Positions 38,867-51,279 of a stretch of DNA of 64,000 nucleotides are shown piece after piece (within the stretch, counting starts at the first letter, position 1; every line of letters begins with the position of its first letter). A model generated the notes under the pieces. That model did no database searches, was not told the origin of the DNA, and saw only the letters and a list, made by a program, of their open reading frames with translations. A program made the position numbers and the translations under genes. This DNA is from the human T2T-CHM13v2.0 reference genome, Homo sapiens: assembly GCF_009914755.1 (NCBI RefSeq), contig NC_060927.1; one strand, 5' to 3'.

Positions 38867-39477
38867 TGTGGATTAAGGAGCTGCCTCAGCTCCAAATCCT
38901 CTCTGTTCTTCTCTGTTGTGATGCTGGGGCTGTGATTCTGAAAACTGCATTTCTCCTGTGCTAGCTGGCTCTCAATTAGGTTCGGCCAGAAGGACTGGAA
39001 AGTAGAGGAAGGGAGAAGGGATCTGCCCTTTCTTCTGCACTTCCTATTTCTCCCATGTCACCAAGAAACAACAACATTGGCTCCTTTCCCCAGATACTTT
39101 CCACATTCCGTCAGCTAACCTTGTCACATCCCTTAGCAGTGTCTGCCATGTTAGGCAAGGGCTCCTTTTCTCATTGGAAGTCCTAGTATTAAAGGCCTCT
39201 TCTCCAAGCTCCTGAGCTGTTCAACCATCCAGTCAATGAACCCTGTTCTATAGTCTAAACCCTGACTCTTAAAGCTTCTAGCTTCCTAGAACCACAAACT
39301 TTCCCTTTTGTTTCCCCAGCCTTGAGGGTGAACATGCTTCCTGCAATTGCTACCTTTACCTTACCTCTGACTTTCCTAGGCTTCCAGCATCTACCTACCC
39401 AATTACCTACATCAAATCCTTGCTGATAAGATAACTAGTGTTGCTTCTGTTTCCCGGACTAAACAATGGTTAATACA
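38867..39477 (+). mobile_element. LTR33-family (ERVL) solo LTR
   Basis: tgtggattaagg...tgtgatgctggggctg...catttctcc...gctagctggctc; end 'aactagtgttgcttctgtttcccggact...taataca'. Confidence 0.65.
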
Positions 39478-40135
39478 ACAACTACTGTAAGAAAAGGCAA
39501 AAAACAAACAAACAAACTCAAAAAACAAAAAAACCTCAAACCCTAAAACAACATTGATATCTATATATCCATACTCTCAACACATGCATGGTTGTCAATA
39601 CCTGAGTTTTGGAAGGCTTATGGCCCCATCCTGTAGGCTGGGGATCTCTCTTTATTTCAGAGATGCAGCCTTGGAGTCTGCAGGGTTCTGCAAGTGCAGA
39701 ACTTGTGCCGAACACATGGTTCTGCCTCTGCCTCTGCCCCGAGAGTCCTCATCTCCGGTCACTGACCCTATGCCTAGATGGGTCTTTCCCTGCAGTTCTG
39801 CCAAACTATTTTCACTCCCCTCACTGGAAAGCAACAGAGATTTCACAAACCTTGTCAGTTCCTATGAAAGCAATTTTCAGTGGGACTATGGGGATTGTCT
39901 CGCTCTAGATCAGTGGTCCTACAGTTGGAGCTGTGGACCCTGTCATTTAGTGTTCAGGTGGTGACTTGAAGTCTCACTGTCCTGACTAATACTGACATTT
40001 CCAGGACTTAGGGTTCTCAGGGAACATCACAGCCATGTGGCAATTTTCGCAGGTCCCCTAATATGGTATAGAGCTTTGGCAAGGTTTGAAGCACTAGTTC
40101 ATTTTATTCTTTGGGACAGTCCTATTAGGTAGGTA

Positions 40136-40482
40136 CAGTCATGCATCATGTAATAACAAGAATATTTTCTGAGAAATGCATTTTAAGCAGTTTTTCATTG
40201 TTGTGTGAACATCATAAGGGTTTACTTCCACAGACCTAAATGGTACAGCCTACTACACACTTAGGCTATACGGTATAGCCTCTTGTTCCTAGGCTACAAA
40301 TCTTTACAGCATGGTACTGTGTCCAATACTGTAGACAATTATAACACAATAGGAAGTATTTGTACATTAAAACATATCTAAACATAGAAATGTACAGTAA
40401 AAATATGGTACTATAATTTATGGAAACACCTTTTATATGCAATCTATCATTGATCGAAACATAGTTATGCAGCACATGACTG
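40136..40482. mobile_element. Tigger3a (MER7A) non-autonomous transposon with TA TSD
   Basis: TIRs cagtcatgc... / ...gcacatgactg flanked by TA (40134-40135, 40483-40484); internal 'cagcctactacacacttaggcta'. Confidence 0.9.
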
Positions 40483-41285
40483 TATTATCTCTATGAAATA
40501 TGTGAGGTCTGGGACGTGGGTTGAGTTGCTTGTCCAAAGCCAGCCTAGATGGTGTGTATCTTCAATAAATAATGATCAACATTACTATTATTTCTATAGA
40601 ATTTCGTCAGAGAAGGCAGGTCCCATCCTACTTCTGTGAAATGGGAAGCCCTGATCCAGTCTAGTAGGCTTGTAGACTATCACCTTCCTACTACAACTGT
40701 ATAAAGGTAAAAATAGTGAAGGATCAGGGGAATAAGAGCTTCAGCCAGGTCCTGGGGCCAGGCTGTTACTAGATTTTCTAACCTCGACAACTACAATACA
40801 GTTCATTTTATATTGTTTTATTTTCAAGGGAGTTTTATGAAAAAAATAATGTATTTTTAAACAGGTCCTTTTTTTCAGGTAAAAATGAAGAAAACTGGGA
40901 TGAGGTGGATATGTAATGCTTTGGACATGGAACTGTGAGTCCTTAGAAGCCAAGTGATCTGAGGCAAGGAATACTTTAAGGGGATGGCTCTGAGGCTGGT
41001 TTTGTGGCTCTCCTGACAAGCTGAGTTTTAACCAGCTAGAAATATTCTCTTTAGGGACATCTCTCAGTCACTGGGACCTTAGATTATCCTGATCCCCATT
41101 TAACTTTTGAGAGTTTCCTAGTTTACTGCCTCTGAGATCATCTCCCGATTTTGGCTTAGAAACTGGAAATCATCAACTTGACTATCTCCCTACAATCTTC
41201 AACCATTCAAGGAATTCCTAAATTAATTTCCAACGTCCTTTTCTTAACATAGAAATTCACCATAAAGAAGATGCTCTATTTCTTT

Positions 41286-42480
<1,195 letters not shown>

Positions 42481-42626
42481 GAAGATGCTCTCTTTCTTTG
42501 GTGAGATTCTTCCCTTCATCCCTTCTCTTCTCTCAAGACCTTCTCTCTTCTGTTCTCTGCCTTAGATGGCATTGCTATTCCATGGCTAAAGTCTCATAGG
42601 GTATAACATCCGCCCTCATCACTTGG

Positions 42627-42729
42627 TAGGATGACCAACTCATCCCAGTTTATCCAGGACTTTCCTGGTTTTAACAATAAAAAAGCTTGTCTCCCAGGGA
42701 ACCCCTCAGTCCCAGACAAGCCAGGATGG
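42627..42729. mobile_element. MER94 fragment cut by the MST insertion
   Basis: 'taggatgaccaactcatcccagtttatccaggactttcctggtttt...gggaacccctcagtcccagacaagccaggatgg'. Confidence 0.75.
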
Positions 42730-44430
42730 TACTATGATTCGAATATTTATCTTCTCCAAAGTTTACATTGAAATTTAATGTGGCAGTACTTGACAGGTAA
42801 GGCCTTTCAGAGGTGATTGGACCTAAAGGTCGCTTCCCTCATGAATGGATTAACCCATTCACGGATTACTGAATTAATAAGTTATCATTGGAGTGGGGCT
42901 GGTGGCTCTATAAGATGAGAAAGAAAGAACTAATCTAGCACATTCATCCCCCTCACCATGAGATGCCCTGCACAGCCCCAGGACTCTTCAGAGAGTCCTC
43001 ACCAGCAAGGTTTTCACCACTTGTTGTCCCTTGACCTTGAACTGTCCAGGCTCCAGGGCTGGAAGAAATATTTTTTCTCATAAATTACCTAGTTTCTGGT
43101 ATTATGCTATAAGCAACAGACAATGTACTAAGACAGAAAATTGATACCAAGAAGTGGGGTTGTTGCTGATAACAAATATCTGAAAATGTGGAAGTGGCTT
43201 TGGAATTGAGTAATGGGCGGAGGCTGGAAGAATTTGCAGGAGCAGGCTAGAAAAAGCCTAGATTCTTGTGAGGGCTTAGAAGACAAGAAGACTAGGGAAA
43301 GTTTGGACCTCCTTAGGGATTGGTTAAGTGGTTCTGACCAGAATGCTGATAGAAATATGGACAGTAAAGGTCATTCTTATGAGGCTTCAGAAGAACCGAG
43401 AAACAAGGTATTAGAAACTGGCGTAAAGGCCATCTTTATTATAAACTGGCAAAGAACTTGTGTGCATTGTGTTCATGCCCTAGGGCTTTATGGAATGCAG
43501 AACTTAAAAGCAATTCATTAGAATATCTGGTGGAAGAAATATCTAAGCAGCAAAGCATTCAGGCTGCTGCATGGCTGCTTTTAACCCCTCACATTAAACT
43601 GTGAGAAGGAAAAAAATGACTTAAAGATAGAATTTATAATCAAAAAGGAAGCAAAATGGAAAGATGTGGAAAACTCTCAGCCTGGCCATGTGAAGAGTAA
43701 AAAAGTGTTTGGGAGAGAAAACCAAGGGTGTGGCCCAGCAATTTTTTGCTAAGGAGGTTAGTACAGAGAGAAGAGATCATCAAAAGAATGGAAGAAGGAC
43801 TTCAAAGGCATTTCAGAGATTTTCAAGGCTGCCCCTATCATCACAGGCCCAGCAGCCTAGGAGGACAGAATGGTCTGGGAGGTCAGACCCAAGGGTGCCC
43901 TCCACGGACTTGCCTCCCAGGATCCCCTTGGGTCTCTGTTCCCTACACTGCAGCACAGTGCTCCTCAGCTACCCCAGTGGTGGCTCAAGTGGCCCCACTA
44001 TTCTGGAAGGTAAAAGTTATAAACCTTCGCAGCATCCACATGGTGTTGATTCTGCAGGTCCATAGAATGCAAAAACTATAGAGATATGGCAGCTTTCACC
44101 TAGATTTCAAAGAGTGTTGCTGAAAGCCTGGGGGGCCAGGCAGAGACTTGTCACAGGGACATAGCTACTGCAGAGATCCCCCATTAGAGCAATGCCTAGT
44201 GGAGATGTTGGGTGGGACCTGTCACAGAGAGTCACCACTAGGGCACTGCTTAGTGGAGCTGTGGGGGCCGGGCCATCACTGATATGTCAGAACTGTGGAG
44301 TCATCAGTGGCATACAACACCTGCCTGGGAAAGCTTCAGGCACAAAACTCCAACCCATATGAGCAGCCACATGGGCTACACCCAGTAAAGCCATGAGGAT
44401 GTGGCTGCCAAGGCCTGTGGGGGACCATAT
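42730..44430 (+). mobile_element. MSTB-like 5' LTR (42730-43135) plus MST internal region, 3' truncated
   Basis: LTR 'ctcatgaatggattaacccattcacgg...gcaacagacaatgtactaagaca' followed by the MaLR-int start 'gaaaattgataccaagaagtgggg...gaaaatgtggaagtggctttgg'. Confidence 0.88.
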
Positions 44431-47400
44431 CAGGGCCCTCTGGACTTCCACACTCATAGATAAGAGACTACAACAGGGAGACTATTCAGAGTGATGACCT
44501 CATTTAACTGGACTGCTTGGTGAGCTTGGCTTTGGAGTTCTCTCTTTATACATGTGTGCCTGAGGAGGGAAAGATGGATAGGGGGAGAGGCCAAAACTGG
44601 GCATTTCTCCACCTAAATGCTTATGGATTCAAGGACCTTGAGAGGCAGACCAGGCCTCTGCTGCATATGTAACCACAGAATATGGGCATCTAGGACCCAA
44701 TGAGCTCCTGAACAAGGAAGGAAATCCAAGAGATATTCAGGTAATGTTTACAACCCACAGAGAGTGTCCAATTTCTGGCTTCTAAGCCATATGGAACTTC
44801 CCAGGAGGGGCCAGTGTAAAGTAGTCAGCAAGCCCTGAACAAGTCACAACTGACTTGGAAACAATCCTGATTGGTCTGCCCTGATTTCTTGTCCAAAACC
44901 TTCCTAGGACATTTTCCAGTTGCCTCTGATCTTCCTTGGGATTATTATAAGCCATTTCCTGAGTGATTCACATGCCACTTTCAGTCTCCTTCTCAGTCAG
45001 TGCCCAAACTCTTCACTGGGTAGATTTAAAAAATAGTAATAAACTTTTGAAGAGCAGTTTTCAGTTCACAGCAAAATTGAACAGGACTTACAGAGCGTTC
45101 CCATATACTTCTGTCCCCACACATGCACAGCCTCCCCCACTCTCAACATCCTGCACCACAGTGGTACATTTGTTACAGTTGATGAATCTACCCTTACACC
45201 TTATTATCTCCCAAAGTCCATAGTTTTCATTAGGATTCACTGTTGGTGTTGTACATTCTATAGGTTTGGACAAATGTACAATGACATGGATCCACCATTG
45301 TAGTATCATATGGAATAGTTTCACTGCCCTAAAAATCGTCTACATTCTGCCTGTTCATCCCTTCCTCCCCTCTAACACCTGGCAACCACTAATCTCTTTG
45401 CTGTTTTCATAGTTGCCTTTTCCAGAATGTCATATAGCTGGAGTCATACAGTATGTACACTTTTCAGGTTGGCTTCTTTCACTTAGCGATAATGCATTTA
45501 AGTTTCTTCCATGTCTTTTCATGGCTTGATAGCTCATTTCTTTTTAACACTTAACAATATTCCATTGTTCAGATGTACCACAGTTTATCGATCCAGTCAC
45601 CTAGTGAAGGACATCTTGGTTGCTTCTAAGTTTTGGTAATTATTAATAAAGCTACTGTAAACATCTATTTGTAAGTTTTTTTGTGGACATAAGTTTTCAA
45701 CTCTTTTGGGTATATACCAAGGAGCACGATTAATGGATTCTATGAAAAGAGCATGTTTAGTTTTGTAAGAATCTGTCAAACTGTCTTCCAAAGTGGCTGT
45801 CCCATTTTGCATTCCCACCAGCAGTGAATGAGAGTTCCTGTTGCTCCACATCTTCACCAGCATCCGGTTCTGGATTTTGTTTTGGATTTTGGCCATTCTA
45901 ATAGGTGCATAGTGACATTTCACTGTTGTTTTAATTTGCAATTCCCTAGTGACATGATATTGAACATATTTTCATATGCCTACTTGCCATCTGTATATCT
46001 TCTTTGGTTAGATGTCTGTTCAGGTCTTTGGCCTATATTTTAATTGGGTTATTCACTTTATTTATGTTTTAAGAGTTCTTTGTTTTATAGAACAGTCCTT
46101 TATCATATGTGCCTTTTGCAAATGTTTTCTCCCAGTCTATGACCCATCTTTTGATCTTCTTGATATTGTATTATACAAAGCAGAAGTTTTTAATTTTAAT
46201 GAAGTTCAGGTTTTTAATTCTTTCTTTCACACATCATTCCTTTGTTGTTGTATCTAAAAAGTCATTACCAAACCAATGATCACCTAAATTTTCTCATATG
46301 TTGTATTCTAGGGGTTTTGTAGTTTTTATTTTTACATTTAGGTCTATGATCCATTTTGAGTTAATACCTGTGAATAGTGTAAGGTCCGTTTTTGGATTCT
46401 TTTCTTTTCTTTTTTTTTTTTTTTTGCATGTAAATGTCCAGTTATTCCAACACCATTTGTTGAAAAAACTATCTTTTCTTCATTGTATTGCCTTTGCCCT
46501 TTTGTCAAACATTAGTTGACTGTATTTATCTAGGTATATTTATGGGCTACCTATTTTGTTCCATTGATCTATTTATTCTTTCATCAGTACCACACTGTCT
46601 TTATTACTGTACCTTTATAGTAAGTCTTAGAGTAGTGTCAGTACTCCAATTTTGTTGTTCTTCAGGATTACATTAGATATTCTGGGTCTTTTGCTTTTCC
46701 ACATAAACTTTAGAATTACTTTGTCAATATTCACATAATAACTTGTTGGGATTTTAATTGGAATGGCATTGACTCTATAGATCAAGTTGGGAAGGACTGA
46801 CAATAACAATAAAGAGTCCTCCTATACATGAACATAGACTATCTCTCTACTTATTTTGTTCTTTGATTTATTTCAACAGAATTTTAAAGTTTTTCTTATA
46901 TAGATTTTGTACACGTTTTGTTAGATTTATACCTAAGAATTTCATTTTGGGGAGTGTTAATATAAATGGTAATGTGTTTTTATTTGAAATTCCATTTGTT
47001 CATTGATAGTATATAGAAAAGTAGTTGAGTTTTGTTTCTTAATCATGTATCTTGCAACTTTGTTATAGTGGCTTATTAGGTCCAGGAGTTTACTTGATTC
47101 TTTTGGATTTTCTACATAGATGATTATGTCATCTGTGAACAAAGACAGTTTTATTTTTTTCTCCCAATCTGTATACCTTTTATTTCCCTTTCTTGTCTAA
47201 TTGCTTTAGTTGGGGCTTCCAGTACAATGTTGGAAAGCAGTGGAGAGAGGGAATATCCTTGCCTTGCTTCTCATCTTGGCAGGAAAGCTTTGAGTTTGTC
47301 ACCATTAAGCATGCTATCTAGCTGTAAGTTTTTAAAACAGATATTCCCTATTAAGTTGAGAAAGTTCCCCTTTTATTCTTAGTTTCCTGAGAGTTTTATG

Positions 47401-47759
47401 ATAAAAGAGTATTTTATTTTGTCAAATGTTTTTTTCTGCACCTATCAATATAATCACGTGATTTTTTTCTTTTAGCCTGTTGATGTAATGGATTACATTA
47501 ATTGATTTTCAAATGTTGAATCAGCCTTACATACCTGGAATAAATCCCACTTGGTTGTGTTGTCTTATTCTTCTTTTTATACACTGTTAGATTTGATTTG
47601 CTAATTTTTTTTGAGAATGTTTGCATCTATGTTTCAGAGAGATATTGTTCTATACTTTTCTTGTAATAGTTTTGTCTGGTTTTGGTATTACGGTAATGCT
47701 GGCCTCACAAAATGAGTTAGGAAGTATTCCCTCTGCTTCTATCTTTTGGAAGAGATTGT

Positions 47760-48137
47760 TGTGATAGTTAATACTGAGTGTCAACTTGATTGGATTGAAG
47801 GATGAAAGTATTGATCCTGGGTGTGTCTATGAGGGTGTTGCCAAAGGATATTAACATTTGAGTCAGTGGGTGGAGAAGGCAGACCCACCCTTAATCTGGT
47901 GGGCACAATCTAATCAGCTGCCAGCGAATATAAAGCAGGCAGAAAAACATGAAAAGGCAAGACTGGCCTAGCCTCCCAGCCTACATCTTTCTCCTGTGGT
48001 GGATGATTCCCGTCCTTAAACATCAGACCCCAAGTTATTCAGTTTTGAGACTTGGACTGGCTCCCCTTGCTCCTCAAGCTTGCAGCCTATTGTGGGACCT
48101 TGTGATCACATAAGTTATCAGTTAATAAACCCCCTTT
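47760..48137 (+). mobile_element. MLT2A (ERVL) LTR, 3' truncated
   Basis: tgtgatagttaatactgagtgtcaacttgattggattgaagg...gcagacccacccttaatctggtgggcac; stops just after 'ttaataaacccc'. Confidence 0.9.
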
Positions 48138-48505
48138 TGGAATACTACTCGGCCATAAAAAGGAATGAAATAATGGCATTCTCAGCAACTTGGAATAATG
48201 GAATTAGAGACCATTATTCTAAGTGAAGTAGCTCAGGAATGGAAAACCAGACATCGTATGTTCTCCCTCACAGGTGTGAGCTAATCTATGAGGATGCAAA
48301 AGCATAAGAATAATACAATGGACTTTGGGGACTTGGGGGAAAGGGTGAGAGGGGGTGAGGGAGAAAAGACTACACATTGGGTACAGTGTACACAGCTTGG
48401 GTGATGGGTGCACCAAAATCTCAGAAATTATCACTGAAGAACTTACTAATGTAACGAAACACCACCTGTTTCTCAAAAACCTATGGAAAAAATAAATAAT
48501 AAAAA
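48138..48505 (+). mobile_element. L1PB1-like 3' end with A-rich tail
   Basis: 'tggaatactactcggccataaaaagg...gaggatgcaaaagcataagaataatacaatggactttgggg...gggtgatgggtgcaccaaaatctcagaaat'. Confidence 0.9.
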
Positions 48506-49035
48506 CATGTTAAAAGATAAATAGCAAACTGGAAAAAATGGTAAACATATTTATAAATCTAAATGAACACTGACTATAAAAACTATTGTAAAACATTAAA
48601 AAAAAGTCCTTTGAGCATGGCTTCTGCTGCAATCCACAAATTTTGATGTTTATATTTTCATTTAGTTTAAAATATTTAAAAATTTTTAAATCTCTTTTTT
48701 GGCCTGCATATTATTTAAAAGTATGTTGTTTAATCTCCAAGTATTTTGGGATTTTCTAGCTATCTTTCTATTATTGATTTCTAATTTAATTCCATTGTGG
48801 TCTGAGAACAGACATTGCATAAATGCTATTCTTTTAACCTTGTTAAGGTGTGTTTTATGGCCCAGAGTGTGGTCTATCTTGGTGAACTTTCCATATAAAC
48901 TTGAGAAGAATGTGTACTCTGCTGTTGTTGGAGGAAGTAGTCTATAAATGTCAATTATATCCAGTTGATTGATAGTGCTGTTGAGTATAACTATGTCTTT
49001 ACTGATTTTCACTAATTTTCTACCTGCTGAATCTG

Positions 49036-49336
49036 TTTTTTTTTTTTTTTTTTTTTTGAGACAGAGTTTCACTCTGTTGCCAGACTGGACTGCAGTGGCA
49101 CAATCTTGGCTAACTGCAACCTCTGACTCCCTGCTTCGAGCAATTCTCCTGCCTCAGCCTCCCAAGTAGCTAGGATTACAGGCACACACCACCACGCCAA
49201 GCTAATTTTTGTATTTTTAGTAGAGACGTGATTTCACCATGTTGGCCATGATGGTCTCGATTTCCTGACCTTGTGATCCACCTGCCTTGGTCTCCCAAAG
49301 TGCTGGGATTACAGGAGTGAGCCACCGCCCCCGGCC
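49036..49336 (-). mobile_element. AluSc-like, full length
   Basis: polyT, 'ctctgttgccagactgg', 'tgaccttgtgatccacc'; TSD core atctgtt on both sides. Confidence 0.93.
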
Positions 49337-51085
49337 AGATCTGTTCATTTCTAATAAAGGAGTGCTAAAGTCTCCAACTTTAATAGTGGATTCATCTACT
49401 TCTCCTTGCAGTTCTATCAGTTCTTGCCTTATGTATTTTAACACTATGTTGTTAGGCTCATACACATTAAAAATTATGCCTTCTTGGCATATTGACTCCA
49501 TTTATCATTATGTCCCTCTTTATTCCTCATAAGTTTTCTTGCTCTAAGTCTACTCTGTCTGAAATTAATATAGCCACTCCTGCTTTCTTCTGACTAGTGT
49601 TAGCATGGTATATCTTTCTCCATCTTTTGTATGTGCCTTTATAGTTAAAGTGGGTTTGTTGTAGACAACACAGAGTTGGGTCTTGTTTTTGATCCACTCT
49701 GGCAATTTCTCTCTTTAAATTGGTATTTTTAGACCATTGACATTTAGAGTGATTATTGGTATAGTTGGGTTAATACCTACAATATTTGTTACTGTTTTCT
49801 ATTTGTTATCTTTGTTTTATTTCTATTTTTATCCTCCATATTTTTTCTGCCTTTTGTGGTTTTAATTGAGCATTTTATATTATTTCATTTCCCTCACTTT
49901 CCTAGCATATCAATTATTTCTTTTATTTTTTTTCAGTTACTGCCTTAGAGTTTGCAATATACATGCACAAGAAACCCAAGTCCATTCTCAAATAACACTA
50001 TACCACTTCACAGATTGTGCAAGTAACTTATAACAAAATACCTCTACTTCCTCTCTCCTACCCCTTGTATATTGCTATTATTATTTTTTTTACTTATGCA
50101 TAAATCTGTAAGAATAATTAATACATTGTTGCTATTATTTTGAACAAACATCTGTTAGATAAATTGCGAATACGAAAAATAAAAATTTTTATTTTACTTA
50201 TTTATTCTCTGATGTTACTTATTTATTTATGTAGATCTAAGTTTCTGACCTATATCATTTTCCTTCTTTCCGAAGGACTTCGTTTAACATTTCTTGAAAG
50301 GTTTATTGGCAACACATTCAACTTTTGTTTGCCTAAGAAAATATTTATATCTCTGTCACTTTTGAAGAGTAATTTCACAGGGTATAGATTTTAGTTTTTT
50401 TTCCTTTTGTCCCCTTCTCTCAACATTTTAAGTATTTCACTCAACTGTCTTCTAGCCTGCATGTTTACTAAAAAGAAATCAGATGTAATTCTTTTATTTG
50501 CTCTTTTATAGGTCAGTTTTTTTTCCTTTATGGTTTCTTCAAGATTTTTTTCTTTATCTTTGATTTTCTGAAGTTTAAATATGATGTACCTAGGTGTAGT
50601 TTTTTTGGCATTTATTCTGCTAGGAGGTGTTCTCTGAGCTTTCTGGATCTGTAGTTTGGTGTCTGACATTAATATGGGGGAAATTCACAGTCATTATTTC
50701 CTAAAATATTGCTTCTGTTCCTTTCTTCTGTTATTTTTTCATTACATGGATGTTACGTCCTTTGTAGTTGCCCCACAGTTCCTGAATATTCTGTGCTGGT
50801 TTTTTCCCCTACTTTTTTTTTTTCTCTTTGCTCTTTGGTTTTGGAAGTTTCTATTATCATATCCTCAAACTGAAAGATTGTTTTCCTCAGCCATGTCCAG
50901 TCCACTAATGAGCCCATCAAATGCATATTTCATATTCGTTAGTTTTTTTGATCTCTAGAATTTCTTTTGATTCTTAGAATTTCCATCTCTTTGCCTATAT
51001 TACCAATCTGTTATGGCATGTTGTCTACATTTGTATTATAGCCCTTAGCATATTAATCTTAATTTTAAAAAATTTCTGGTCTGAT

Positions 51086-51279
51086 AAAGATAGCAACAAT
51101 TGACACTGGGTACTACTAGAGGGGAAAGGGACAGAGGCAAGGGGGCAAAGGTTGAAAGACTAACTATTGGGTGCTATGCTTTGATATCATTCATACCCCA
51201 AACCTTGGCATCATACAATATACCCAGGTAACAAAAACCAGCATAGTACACCCAATTCTAAAATAAAAGTTGAAAATAA
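51086..51279 (+). mobile_element. Short L1PA16/17- or L1PB4-like 3' end inserted in the L1MC
   Basis: 'ccccaaaccttggcatcatacaatatacccaggtaacaaa...ctaaaataaaagttgaaa'; decayed TSD ending tctgat. Confidence 0.8.

Noticed and set aside
43213-44081. ORFs in the MST internal region
   Set aside because: Fragmented MaLR internal sequence with stops and frameshifts; no intact gag-like frame
45040-46400. Inverted similarity between 13411-14718 and this region as part of the inverted duplication
   Set aside because: Both are L1MC-family 3' ends with different flanks and family-level divergence, consistent with independent insertions
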